DNA of 64,000 nucleotides from Octopus vulgaris (Eukaryota), in assembly GCA_951406725.2 (NCBI GenBank), contig OX597814.1, forward strand, positions 175,274,001 through 175,338,000, given 5' to 3'. The position numbers were made by a program, and so were the translations under genes. Below are positions 51,605 through 63,546 of the stretch, in pieces. A model generated the notes under the pieces. The model ran no database searches and was not told the origin of the DNA. It was given only the letters and a program-made list of their open reading frames with translations. Position 1 is the stretch's first letter. Each line of letters starts with the position of its first letter.

Positions 51605-51803
51605 CAAGTGAGAGGGATGACCACTATGTGGACAACCCTTATGCTAGAAGTAGATCCGCTATGGTCTTACCACTAAGAAATGTTCTCAAGAAAAATCTAG
51701 CAAAAAATATTTTTCTTGAGAACATTTCTTAGTGGTAAGACCATAGCGGATCTACTTCTAGCATAAGGGTTGTCCACATAGTGGTCAAACCTCTCATTTG
51801 TAT
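51602..51803. repeat. Near-perfect palindrome with about 95-bp arms next to a long (TA)n
   Basis: TGACCACTATGTGGACAACCC...CAAGAAAAAT and ATTTTTCTTG...GGGTTGTCCACATAGTGGTCA. Confidence 0.92.
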
Positions 51804-52309
51804 ATAATACAGTTTACTGAACCTTCAGATTTTGTATGCTAGACCATTGGTGTTAAATTGATGTTAATTTAATTAAATTAATATCCAATTTCTCCCCTCA
51901 TTATATATATGTACAGGTTAAATAAAACGAGACAATAAAGCTAAGGCAGTGTGAAATTTCTAGGACATTTTATAAAGAGAAGGGTAGTCTTACACCTGTT
52001 TCAAGATATAAAATATATTCCCTCACCAGAGACGATATGAGAGAGTTAAATAGAAGGAAATAGTAGAATTCAAAATAAGAAGTTATTTTGGAAAGCGAGG
52101 GATATAGGAAGTATAAAGGGAAATATAAGAATAATATATAGACATATACAGTCAGTAAATCATAAATCCGAAATAGACGCACACTCTTTTATAGAGCAGT
52201 AGGGTAATTAGATAAGGATAATTATGGCCGGTCTATGGAGTTACCCAGGGTTTCACGTCTATATAGCGCTTAGTTTTACAGCGCTTCTTCAGATCCTAAT
52301 ATTGTATAT

Positions 52310-52411
52310 ATCTCTCTCTCTACATACATACATACATACATACACATATACATATATACATACATACATATATACATACATATATACATACATATATACA
52401 TACATACATAT

Positions 52412-52444
<33 letters not shown>

Positions 52445-52516
52445 CATACATATATACATACATACATATATACATACATATATACATACATACATATATA
52501 TACATACATATATACA

Positions 52517-52587
<71 letters not shown>

Positions 52588-52698
52588 ATATATATGTATG
52601 CATAAGAAATATATATAAAAATACAAAATGGGACAAGAACGCAAAACATTCAAATAGACGATACGGCGTAACGTACACCTTGTTCTCTTCTATGTATG

Positions 52699-52770
<72 letters not shown>
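52310..52770. repeat. (TACA)n/(TA)n compound microsatellite
   Basis: Seen directly; one of many TA, CA, GA and TCTA tracts in the window. Confidence 0.95.
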
Positions 52771-52773
<3 letters not shown>

Positions 52774-52952
52774 GAAGAATTAACAAAAAAACAAAAGACG
52801 AAAATAGGTGGTGTAGAAAACAAACAGATGTATTAGTGTATTAGTATAACGCTCGGGAATTGAAAAGTCTTTAACGTTTCGAGCCTACGCTCTTCCACAG
52901 AAAGGGACACAGAAAGAAACAAGGAGAGAAAAAAATGTGTGTAGTGGCTAGC

Positions 52953-53023
<71 letters not shown>

Positions 53024-53399
53024 ATCTATCTATATATATTTATATGTATATATAAGCATGCTTCATGATACCGAATCAAGATTGCATACTTTCACTTGGA
53101 AGCTTCAAAATAAAGGTGAAAAATATTCATACCAATATGTGTGTGAGAGAATTAAAAAAAAAAATAGAAAAGAAAGAAAAAAATCGGTATTTCAAAGAAC
53201 TCATCCTTCGTCCCCTCCAAATCTGGGATTTTTACGAAGGAGGGAGATGCAAGGGAGGTTATTGTGTTCTTTTCGCTTCCCCTGCATAGAATCGTAACTA
53301 GAGGAAGTGAAATGCCCTAATGGGGAATTGAAAACTCACAACGGCCTAGACTTTATGACAGAATAAAAACAGCAACCATAAAAATCTAGCGAAGGTCTG

Positions 53400-53638
53400 A
53401 TACATCTGAATAGTTGTCATCTCTGTCGCCGTCGCTATCTTATAATAGTAACCATAGTTACATTAGCAGCAGTTTTGAGTTGATTGTCCACGCCCACATA
53501 CTTGACACACAAACAGTAGCAGGAGAACAACTACATGGATCCGCCTTCTTGTGGTAACGCGCGATCATAGGAGATAAGATTGTACTAAAGCTAAATAACA
53601 ACCCATATTTTGTGCTACAACAAAGTACCACGTTGAGT

Positions 53639-53684
<46 letters not shown>

Positions 53685-54880
53685 AGTTCATTGATGTAAC
53701 GGTTGAGACACGGTACAATTGACAAATGTTTCCCCGGCTGTTCCTTGATTCCAACCGGCGAAGTCAATACAAGCAGAGCTGTCTTGATGCATCGGCACAC
53801 TGAGCAGTTACTTGAGGACTACACAAACTCAGGCCCAACATTTATCTATGTATACTGTGATTTTTATATAGGGGTCCCTGTGCGTTGCCTTGCTCGGGAA
53901 GGAGGTCTATAATCCTGTTAAGACGGGCCTGCAACAAAGTTGTGAGAAGTAGCAGCAAAACAACAGCATCAGGAAAGGGATGCGCAACGGCCCAGTGGTT
54001 AGGGCAGCGGACTCGCGGTCGTAAGATGATACTGATGCTGCACATGCTGCCCATATTGCCCATATTCAGGGTGTTTTGAAGTATAGTGTTCACATCTCCA
54101 GAGTCGTAAAATTCCTGCCAGTTTGGGCGTTGTAGCTCGGAACAGCAAGAGTTCCACTCTGCTTTATTCCAGTCAAAGCGAGCAGTTTGGAGATGGCTGT
54201 GGTTTTTGTTACTGCCCATAAGGGACAGATTGGCAATGATCATAGTTGCCTAAAGGTTCCTCAGTAGCAACACTAATAACTGTTTTAGGAGTAGTGGTAA
54301 AGAGTAGATCCAAAGTTTTGTCACTCCTTGTTGGGCAGTCGACCACTTGGAACCAGTTCGAGTCCAGCACTAGCTCAATGAAATCATTGGCCCTTTGCGG
54401 CCAACGAAAGGTTTCCCAATCAATCTCAGAGTGATTGAAGTCAACTGCAATAAAAACATAAGTGGATGCTTTCCTGGCGGCACTTCTGAGGATATCACAA
54501 AGATGTGTGTCCTGATGGTTATTTGGGGGGCGGTAAACAACTCCAAGTAGAAAATTGGTTCAAATCAACGCAAGGAATTACTGAAAACTTTGAACGAACG
54601 CTGACCATCACACCACCACCACTACGATTATTGCGGCCTTTGCGAAACAAGTTGTAGCTAGCTATGCTGAAAACCGCATCACAGAGTAAGGAATGTACCC
54701 ATGTTTCCGAGCTTCCGGCGCGAATACCAAGCAATACATGTTGTTTCCAAATGTCTGGCCGCGTGAATTGCGCCAGGGTGCTGTTTTTCTCAAAGACGGT
54801 GCCCAACTGACCCTATTATACTGTGTAGTCGACAAGACCAAAACCAAACACAGCGCACGCGCGAAATCGGAAATATAAGA
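53400..54880 (-). mobile_element. Decayed CR1/L2/Jockey-type LINE, APE endonuclease region
   Basis: SETWVHS...SIASYNLFRKGRNNRSGGGV, DFNHSEIDW, QVVDCPTRSDKTLDLLFT, EPLGNYDH motifs across frameshifts. Confidence 0.75.
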
Positions 54881-55294
54881 TTACGACAATTTATCCATCG
54901 CACCCTGCATACAGCTTAAATATTTCATATAAAACTGCATCATCAGAGTGTAGTAAGGGCAACAACTTTCTGGACACCTATCAACACCGTTATTATTACT
55001 GCTACAAATTAGTTGTGATATCACTGATCTAAAGTGGTGACTCATTTAATAGCTATTTCATTTCAGATTGGTGACTCATGCAATATCGATATTTTATTTC
55101 TTGTTAAAGCGGCGAGCTGGAAGAGTCCTTCACATACCGGACAATGTGCTTAGCGACACTTTTCCTGGCTTTAACACATTGCGTTCAGTTTCTGTAGCGG
55201 TCGAACTTTGTCTTCCATGGTCAACAAATTGTGAAATATGTAAATTCATAAACACACACACACGCACACACACACACACACACAAACACACACG

Positions 55295-55355
<61 letters not shown>

Positions 55356-55924
55356 TCTTTAACTTGTTTCAGTCATCAGACTGCGGCATGCTGGGGCACT
55401 ATCTTGAAGAATCCCAGTCGAATGAATTGACTCCAGTTCTTATAAAAAAAAATTTAAAGCTTGGTACTTATTCTATCGGTTACTTTTTACCGAACTGCTA
55501 AGTTATGGGGACGTAAACACACCAACAGCGGTTGTCAAGTGGTGGAGTACACACACACACATGCACACGCACAGACATACGGAGGGCTTCTATTAGTTTG
55601 CGTCAAGCAAATCCTCTGACAAGGCTTTGGTCGGGTCGAAGCTAGAGTTGAAGACACTTGTCCAAGGTGCCACGCAGTGAGACTGAACCCGGAACCATGT
55701 GGTCGGGAAGCAAACTTTTTACCACATAGCCACTTCTAATATATTTATATATACATACATAAATTTATTTATATATATATATATATACATATACAGTGCG
55801 TGTCCGAGTTTGGGCATTCGGAGTTACAAACGATAAGAAAAACATAAAATAAAATTTCTGCATGTTTTAAAGTTTATTCGTTATGAGGATAACTCAGAAT
55901 TGTGAAGATTCAGCTTAAAATGAA

Positions 55925-56004
<80 letters not shown>

Positions 56005-56044
56005 TAAATGAAAGAATTGAGTCGAACGAAGATGTTAACAAAAT

Positions 56045-56140
56045 TCCTTTACTCTCGACACATGTTTCGAAGACGGCATACTTTTATTCTGAAGGAATAA
56101 AGGGTGCATTATGCAATCTTCTCATCAGGAAAGATAAGGA
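56045..56140 (-). ncRNA. Type I hammerhead ribozyme, inverted copy of 56501-56596
   Basis: Reverse complement of the plus-strand copy apart from one loop substitution; core intact. Confidence 0.82.
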
Positions 56141-56500
56141 ACCTCACTCAGCCACAAGACGAACAAAAAAATTTGATGATTGCCTACATGGTGACCACAG
56201 TGCTAATGAGTGTTTTTTTAAAAAAAATCCATTATACACACAGAGACACAAATGTAGTTATATACACACATTCATACACACACATAAACACTTGCACTCA
56301 TTAACACAAGCACACACCTGCACATCCCCATACGTACGGCATACATATTGTCCCCTACCTATTTTTACTACTTCCTCCTTCTACCCAATTTTGACGTCAA
56401 TGATTATAACGGATTTTAAAAAAAAAAACACTCATTATCACTGTGGTCACCATGTAGGCAATCATCAAAATTTTTTGTTCGTCTTGTGGCTGAGTGAGGC

Positions 56501-56596
56501 TCCTTATCTTTCCTGATGAGAAGATTGCATAATGCACCCTTTATTCCTTCGGAATAAAAGTATGCCGTCTTCGAAACATGTGTCGAGAGTAAAGGA
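56501..56596 (+). ncRNA. Type I hammerhead ribozyme with long stem II
   Basis: TCCTTATCTTTC CTGATGA GAAGAT-TGCATA...TTTATTC-cttcg-GAATAAA...TATGCC-GTCTTC GAAA CATGTG TC|GAGAGTAAAGGA; predicted cleavage after 56584. Confidence 0.82.
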
Positions 56597-56787
56597 ATTT
56601 TGTTAACATCTTCGTTCGACTCAATTCTTTCATTTATTCATATATATAAAAAACACACAAATTTCCACACAAGAACCCGGAGTTTCTACCCTTGACAGGT
56701 AGCTTCAACCGTGTTTTCTGACGGGAATTTGCTACCCAGGTATCGGTTAAACGAACTTCCCATGCTAGGATAATTCATTCACCTACT

Positions 56788-56818
<31 letters not shown>

Positions 56819-56935
56819 GGTTTGTATGATTGTGTATAGTGGGATATATATTATTCAAAGAAATTCCAAGTCTGTTTTGTATGTTTTATTTATATTCTTT
56901 ATAATATTAATGTAGAATATAGAATATATAGTATA

Positions 56936-56989
<54 letters not shown>

Positions 56990-56998
<9 letters not shown>

Positions 56999-57336
56999 TA
57001 AATGAAAGAATGGAGTTGAACGAAGATGTTAACAAAATTCCTTTACTCTCGACATATGTTTCGAATGAAAATATGCTGTCTTCGTTTTCCAAAGGAATGA
57101 AAACATGCTTTTCTTCGAAACATATGTCGAGAGTAAAGGAATTTTGTTAACATCTTCGTTCGACTCCATTCTTTCATTTATTCATATACAACACACAAAT
57201 TTCTGCACATGAACCCGGATTTTCTACCCTTGACAGGTCGCTTCAACCGTGTTTCTGACGTGAATTTGCTATCCAGGTGTCGGTTAAACGAATTTTCCAT
57301 GCTGACGATAAACATAGGATAATACATTCACCTACT

Positions 57337-57340
<4 letters not shown>
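56990..57340 (+). mobile_element. Second, shorter insertion of the same HHR family with inverted 5' arm
   Basis: 56990-57065 inverted vs 57114-57188; 57190-57335 similar to 56650-56788; truncated inside the HHR; flanked by (TA)n. Confidence 0.75.
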
Positions 57341-57408
<68 letters not shown>

Positions 57409-57499
57409 AATGAAATGAAGTATTGATTGTCTTATTGAATAGATGAAATATTGAATATAAAATATTAAGGGACTAGTATACTTTCTTGCATTATATATT

Positions 57500-57728
57500 T
57501 CTTTACTGCCCACAAGGGGCTAAACATAGAGGGGACAAACAAGGACAGACAAAGGGATTAAGTCGATTACATCGACCCCAGTGCGAAACTGGTACTTTAT
57601 TTATCGACCCAGAAAGGGTGAAAGGTAAAGTCGACCTCGGCGGAATTTGAACTCAGAACGTAACGACAGACGAAATACCACTAAGCATTTCGCCCGGCGC
57701 GCTAACGTTTCTGCCAGCTCGCCGCCTT
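57500..57728 (-). mobile_element. tRNA-derived SINE (family B, Deu/Nin-like domain) abutting the 5S terminator
   Basis: AAGGCGGCGAGCTGGCAGAAACGTTAGC...GAGTTCAAATTCCGCCGAGGTCGACTTT..CTTTCA.CCTTTC.GGGTCGATAAA; other copies at 13355-13586, 25121-25540, 28071-28303, 49927-50160 and many older ones at 14.8-20 kb and 36-37 kb. Confidence 0.85.
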
Positions 57729-57741
57729 AAAAAAAAAAGAA
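57729..57741 (-). terminator. Pol III oligo-T terminator of the 5S gene
   Basis: T-rich run including T10 directly after the 5S 3' end. Confidence 0.8.
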
Positions 57742-57861
57742 ATGCTTACAGCACCTAGGTTTCCCAAGCGGTCACCCATCTAAGTACTAACTAGGCTCGA
57801 TGTTGCTTAACTTCGGTGATCGGACGAGAACCGGTGCTTTCAACGTGATATGGCCGTAAGC
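57742..57861 (-). rRNA. 5S rRNA: 5S rRNA gene (solitary copy)
   Basis: GCTTACGGCCATATCACGTTGAAAGCACCGGTTCTCGTCCGATCACCGAAGTTAAGC...GATGGGTGACCGCTTGGGAAACCTAGGTGCTGTAAGCAT; about 120 nt; termini pair; followed by an oligo-T Pol III terminator. Confidence 0.96.
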
Positions 57862-57913
57862 ATTATAGCAGTCTTCAAGGTCCCAGGTTGTGACAGGAGT
57901 GTTTCAACTGTGG

Positions 57914-57955
<42 letters not shown>

Positions 57956-58477
57956 TGCTTCCCACCCTTAACTAGCACTCCGTCGGTTACGACGACGAGT
58001 GTTCCAGCTGATCCGATCAACTGAAAAACTTGCTCGAAAAATTAAGGTCATATGACTGATCACTCCACAAACACTTGTACCCTTAAAGTAGTTCCCAGGG
58101 CGAATCAGCGTGACACAAAATGTGACAGGGCTGGCCCTTTGAATTACAAGTACAACTAATTTTTTGCCAGCTGAATGGACGGGAGCAACGGGAAATAAAG
58201 TGACTTGCTTGAGGGCCTAACGCCGCACCAGGAAACAAACTCACGACTTTACTATCGTGAGCCTAATCACTAAGCCACGTACTTTCACACACACGCGTGC
58301 GCGATGACACACACATACACGCATGCACACACGTACGCACGAACATACACTCACATACACACACACACACACGTACATGCGAGCACATAGGTGATAAATA
58401 AACTGGAGAAAATAGCACTCGAATACCAATTGTAGAGTACAAAATTAGGTTTTATGGAAGCTGAAAAACTTCACCAA

Positions 58478-58515
58478 CTGTTACTCAGAGTTTCACGAAA
58501 ACGATCATCAGACAG
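58478..58515 (-). ncRNA. Minimal hammerhead ribozyme in inverted PLE pseudo-LTR
   Basis: CTGT CTGATGA TCG-tttt-CGT GAAA CTCTGAG TA|ACAG; stem II closing pair mismatched. Confidence 0.65.
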
Positions 58516-58807
58516 AAATAAACTATTGGAAGAACGTGGTGGTTTATAAATATTTATAAATAAAACAGCGATAATTATTTAAATAACTTATCAAATAAAC
58601 ATTTAAAGCTGATGGATTATTCATTTTGAAAATGTTTGGAATTTGTTGGATAAAACGATTTAGCGGTAAAAATAACTCCAGATCTCGCAAGGGTAGCCTT
58701 AGAAAGGTATTGTGGTTCAACATTAATTTAGTATGCATGTCAAGACTAATGTAGATAAACATTTTAAAGTTCAGTACCGGGATATTTTCCCAGAAGGCAT
58801 AATATAT

Positions 58808-59280
58808 TACTCTTTTACTCTTTTACTTGTTTCAGTCATTTGACTCTGGCCATGCTGGAGCACCGCCTTTAGTCGAGCAAATAGACCCCAGGACTTATTC
58901 TTTGTAAGCCTAGTATTTATTCTATCGGTCACTTTTGCCGAACCGCTAAGTTACGGGAGATGTAAACACGCCAGCATTGGTTGTCAATCGATGTTGGGGG
59001 GACAAACACAGACACACAATCATATGCACACACACACATACATACATACATACATACATACATACATACATACATACATACATACATACATACATCATAT
59101 ATATATATATATATTCGACAGGCTTCTTTCAGTTTCCGTCTGCCAAATCCACTCACAAGGCTTTGGTCGGCCCGAGGCTATAGTAGAAGACACTTGCCCA
59201 AGGTGCCACGCAGTGGGGCTGAACCAAGAACCATGTGGTTGGTAAGCAAGCTACTTATCACACAGCCACTCTTCCGCCTA
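58808..59280 (-). mobile_element. SINE family A inserted in the PLE ORF
   Basis: Full copy with short ATATTA-like duplication on both sides; PLE protein motifs resume after it. Confidence 0.85.
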
Positions 59281-60348
59281 TATTATTGATTATTTAATAG
59301 AAGAACCCTGAAAATCAGCTTCGCTTCGCTTGTTAACCAGCATTATATGAGTAAACATGATACTTGAAATGAAAATGCAGACAACTCTAAGGGCAACTGT
59401 AAAGACTCTAGTAACTGTCCGCTTAATAGCAATTGTCCAATAAAAGGAGTTGTATACCGGAGTTGTATAAATCCATGCCGATAATAGTCCTACATGTAAA
59501 ATTTACACCGGTGTCACGGAAAACAGTTTCAATACGAGGTTTTACCTATATAAAATTCCTTTCAGTACCCAGACAACAGGCCCTCAACGTGTTTATCCAA
59601 ACATGTATGGTAATTAAAGGAAGCTGGTTTTCCCCCTTGCAAAACACACTGGTAAATCTTGGAAAGAACAAGCCCACACACGCATGGATGGATTCTGCAG
59701 CCATCCTGTGAAATGTTTGTTATACTTAAACGAGAAATATTTTATTGTTTCAGGACAATTCGATCTTGAATCGAAAATCTGAACTATGGAACAAGTCGTT
59801 GACATTCTTCGAAGTTTTTGATTTCGAAGCCTTCACCACAGATCGATTAATGTATACATCCATTACGCACTATCGCATGTGTTTTACAGCTTTTTGTTAT
59901 AATTTCGAATTTGTTGGATGTATGTTTTTATGTTTTTGAACTGACATTGTTGCATCCAATTTTTATACGATTTTTTTTCAGTTTTAACATTTACCTTTAG
60001 CTTTTTATATAACCTTTCATGGACAAGGTTATAGTTTATAAATATGTTTATTACATTTTATTTTAATTTATTACTTTGTTATTCTTTTTTAAAACTATCA
60101 CTCCAGCTTTGAATTAATTTGACTGATTTCATCAACATATCCCCGAACACTATTTCTATATCCTTATATATTTCGAAGTTGGATTTTGTTGGATTTATTT
60201 TCAATGTCTTTTTTTTTTTTTTACCTAGAATTTGCTTTTTATTTTTGTTTCTGTCGCATCCTACAAATAGAGTGCAAAGGAAACCTACCATCAAGTCTAT
60301 CTAATTTCCCTGTCAAATGTATCCTTTCTAATCGCTGCTACCTCTCCT

Positions 60349-60420
<72 letters not shown>

Positions 60421-60937
60421 GTGTATTTCTCTTTTATCCATAGTTTATACATGCCTTCAGTTTTAACTGATAGTATTTTTAAAACTTAGCTATCATCTTT
60501 TCTCTCTCGCTTTTCTCCCTCTTTTTCACTTTTTCTCTTTCTTCCCTGCATGCTCTAACCCACCACTCTCCTCATTTGATTATTCATTTATAATTTACTT
60601 GTATTTCGTGACACTCATTCATCTTTGTCTGAATTTATATATTTTTTACAACATATTTTCCATAAACTCTTGATTTCTATCGACATTTTTTTCACCCTCA
60701 CTGCAATTATTATGACTAATATCATGTATATATATGCGAATTATTTCTTCGAGTTTAAATTCGACTTTGACTAGTTTTCAATGTTTATTTATTTTTTTTG
60801 ATTACAAATTCCTGAAACTTTGAAAAGTCATGATCCCTATCCAATCAGCTTTAAATGGTTATTTGATGAATTAATAAATAATTGCCACTATTACATCTAT
60901 ATAAATTTATAAGCCATCGTATTGTTCCAAAAGCTCA

Positions 60938-60983
60938 ACCTTGTCTGATGATTGTTTACAAGAAACTCTGAGTAATAGTCGGT
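60938..60983 (+). ncRNA. Minimal hammerhead ribozyme in 3' PLE pseudo-LTR
   Basis: TTGT CTGATGA TTG-ttta-CAA GAAA CTCTGAG TA|ATAG; homologous to 58478-58515. Confidence 0.7.
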
Positions 60984-61008
60984 GCAGATTTTCAGTGTCA
61001 ATAAAACA

Positions 61009-61042
<34 letters not shown>

Positions 61043-61048
61043 TTATTG

Positions 61049-61789
61049 TCACTAAAAGTGACCAAGGGTGCAGCGAGCACCCTTGGTTTGCTAGAAATAA
61101 GAGTCATAGATACTTTAGCCACATAAAGCATGTGTTCTATTTGAACTGACAAGGCGAGACAACCTCTCCACCGGAAGCAAGTTGCATTAGATTAGCATGC
61201 TAATTTCGTATGTAATTTAATACTCATCAGTAATACTTACTCCATTGTGGGTAGTGAAGCCGAACTTTCATCTCTTAGTATTATAGAAAATACCATAGGA
61301 ATCAGCGGGTGAGTCTGCAAAAAGGCAATGTGAAAATTATAAAATAATTAAGGTGGTTAGACACAATTTAAAGGCTGCTCCCTTCATCACTGGTCCCTTT
61401 TAGGGACGGTGAATTATTTCTTCTTTTGGTTTTAAATTGCATCTAGCCACCTTAATTATTTTATAATTTTCACATTTCCTTTTGGCGGACTCAGCCACTG
61501 ATTCCTATGGTATTTTCTATAATACTGACAGGCGAAAATTCAATTTCATCTGCAATGGGGTAAGCATTACCGATGAGTTTTAATTTCTATACGAAATTAC
61601 CATACCAAACTAATGCACCTCGCTTGCGGTGGGGAAGTTGTCACCTTGTCAATTCAAATAGAAATGCTTTCTGTGGCTAAAGAGTATGTGACTCTTATTT
61701 CTAGCAATGCTGGTACTCGCTTGCACCCTTGGTCACTTTTAGTGACTGAATTATTTCCATTTTTTGATTTTAATTTGTATCTAGCCACC

Positions 61790-61797
<8 letters not shown>
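61049..61797 (+). mobile_element. PLE pLTR-type fragment: about 320-bp inverted arms plus about 50-bp direct repeat
   Basis: 61049-61372 inverted vs about 61430-61746; TGAATTATTTC...CTAGCCACCTTAATTAT repeated at about 61410 and 61747; carries an HHR; ends in (TA)n. Confidence 0.7.
61184..61236 (-). ncRNA. Type I hammerhead ribozyme with palindromic stem III
   Basis: GTATTA CTGATGA GTAT-taaattac-ATAC GAAA TTAGCATGCTAA TC|TAATGC; all three stems pair; the opposite-arm copy (61563-61616) is decayed (CCGATGA). Confidence 0.85.
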
Positions 61798-61850
<53 letters not shown>

Positions 61851-62509
61851 CAAAATGGGAAAAAAACGACGAACATCCGGACAACTAGGTGAAACAAAAA
61901 GGGACAACGAAACATACTGATAGACGATACAACCCCCCAACAAAACAAGGAAGGGTCATTCGAAGCTTTCTATCCTCAGTCAAGAACCGGATCATCCTCG
62001 CAATTTCGGCTGATTAATCTTGAGATTGCTCCAATCTGGCCAGCCCAAAGGAAAAACTAAGCTAAGAGCATTAGATTCCTTGGAAGAAAGCATCGAATGT
62101 ATACAAAAACTAGGATGGAAAAACAAATAATGTTACAAAAATATAAATACAATAAATACAAATATAAAAACAATAAAAATAATAAAAATAATAACAGGAC
62201 ATAACAACAGGTGTCTTTCGACTGGGGACGAATTGAATTAAGCTGGCGCGTGTAGAAATGAAATCTTACAGCAGAGATACAAAGACTTCAAAAGCACAGA
62301 GAAGAATATCGATGTTGCACGGACGACGGTCAGATCCAGAGAGAGCGAGCAGTAGACCGATCGGTCACGTGGGAAGAGAAGAGAGAGAAAAATAGAAGCA
62401 GAGGAACAAAAGAATTAAGGAGGGAGAAGAGAAGAGAGAGAGAGAGTTGTAGAAGCAGATGGACAGAAGAATTAAGGAGGGGTGAGAAAAAAATGACAGG
62501 GACATGTCC

Positions 62510-63030
62510 CTAGACAAACTAAAAACACTGACGCAAAGAATAGCTTCTCCAGACTTGTGGTAGATGCATCAAATATCATCCAGAAGGCTGTTCTTTTTCT
62601 GTTAAGGAACCGGAGATAACTAAATACTTCATCAATAAAAGAGGTAAAGAAGCCTCTAAATATCCAACTTGTAATGCAAAATGAATGTCGATCGTGTCAG
62701 TGTAATAGATATCACCTATACCGTTAGCAATTGTTCAAAAATGCCCGCTAGGTACAGCATTGTTAAGAGACATAAAATGGTTGCTGAAACCATTTAGAAT
62801 GCAAGGTTTGTTCTGATAGCCAAACCGAAGCACACCAGAATTAAAATGTATCTACACATTTAATATGAGGAATACTGGCCGAACATTCCAATAAAAGTAG
62901 CAAATCGATGCAAATACAAAGGGCCTAATATTATTTCGTCGGACTGGAAAACGTCATACATTACTACAAAGGTCAGCCACCCACTGAATGTCTCATCTAA
63001 ATCAGAGAAAAGATGAATATCTATTGAGAA
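62510..63030 (+). mobile_element. Decayed R4/Dong-like non-LTR retrotransposon C-terminus
   Basis: CRSCQ..DITYTVSNCSKMPARY..VKRHKMVAETI, EYWPNIPIKVANRCKYKGPNII and KVSHPLNV resemble the CCHC and RLE (HNRPD, EVSCP) motifs. Confidence 0.65.
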
Positions 63031-63270
63031 CTAAGGAGAAAATTATATTCAGACAAAGTATTTTTGCCTGTACTGAGGGTCTATAAGAGCCGAGTTCATC
63101 TGATATATCGGTCTGGAAACCAGAGAACCAAGAAAAAAAAAATCACTCAATAGCTGACAAGGTATGAAACCAGACATGTTACATATGACAAAAAAGTCTT
63201 GGAGTCGTGCATATCTGCCTGTCTGTCTACATGTTTGTTTTTCTATTCATCTTTCTATTGTCCCGTTTGC

Positions 63271-63356
<86 letters not shown>

Positions 63357-63494
63357 GTCTGACTGTCTGTTTGCTTGCTAAGTTCTAACTGCGATCTTTC
63401 GAAGCAAAACAGCTAGTATTAATATATGTGTGTGTGATTGTATGTGATTGTGCGTGTGTGTGTGAGTGTGTGTACGTATATATATATATATATG

Positions 63495-63546
<52 letters not shown>

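Larger units (their letters stand above)
55995..56790 (+). mobile_element. HHR-bearing non-coding PLE pLTR-type insertion with inverted 5' arm, in (TA)n
   Basis: About 55995-56222 is the near-perfect reverse complement of about 56420-56648; TA tracts on both sides. Confidence 0.75.
58447..61005 (+). mobile_element. Decayed 5'-truncated Penelope-like retroelement (GIY-YIG, Naiad-like) with inverted 5' pLTR and 3' pLTR
   Basis: Frameshifted motifs RKVLWFN..S.HVKTNVDKHF, YFPRRH, LFNRRTLKISF, NCKDSSNCPLNSNCPIKGVVYRS, IYTGVTENSFNTR, LSKHVW*LK, KCLLYLNEKYFI, LNRKSEL in about 58700-59800; 58447-58655 is a diverged reverse complement of about 60800-61005; interrupted by a SINE. Confidence 0.85.

Noticed and set aside
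61850-62340. Repeat-like segment with GGCTG...CAGCC-GAAA on the minus strand
   Set aside because: No CUGANGA core in the right position; probably another pLTR fragment but unsupported
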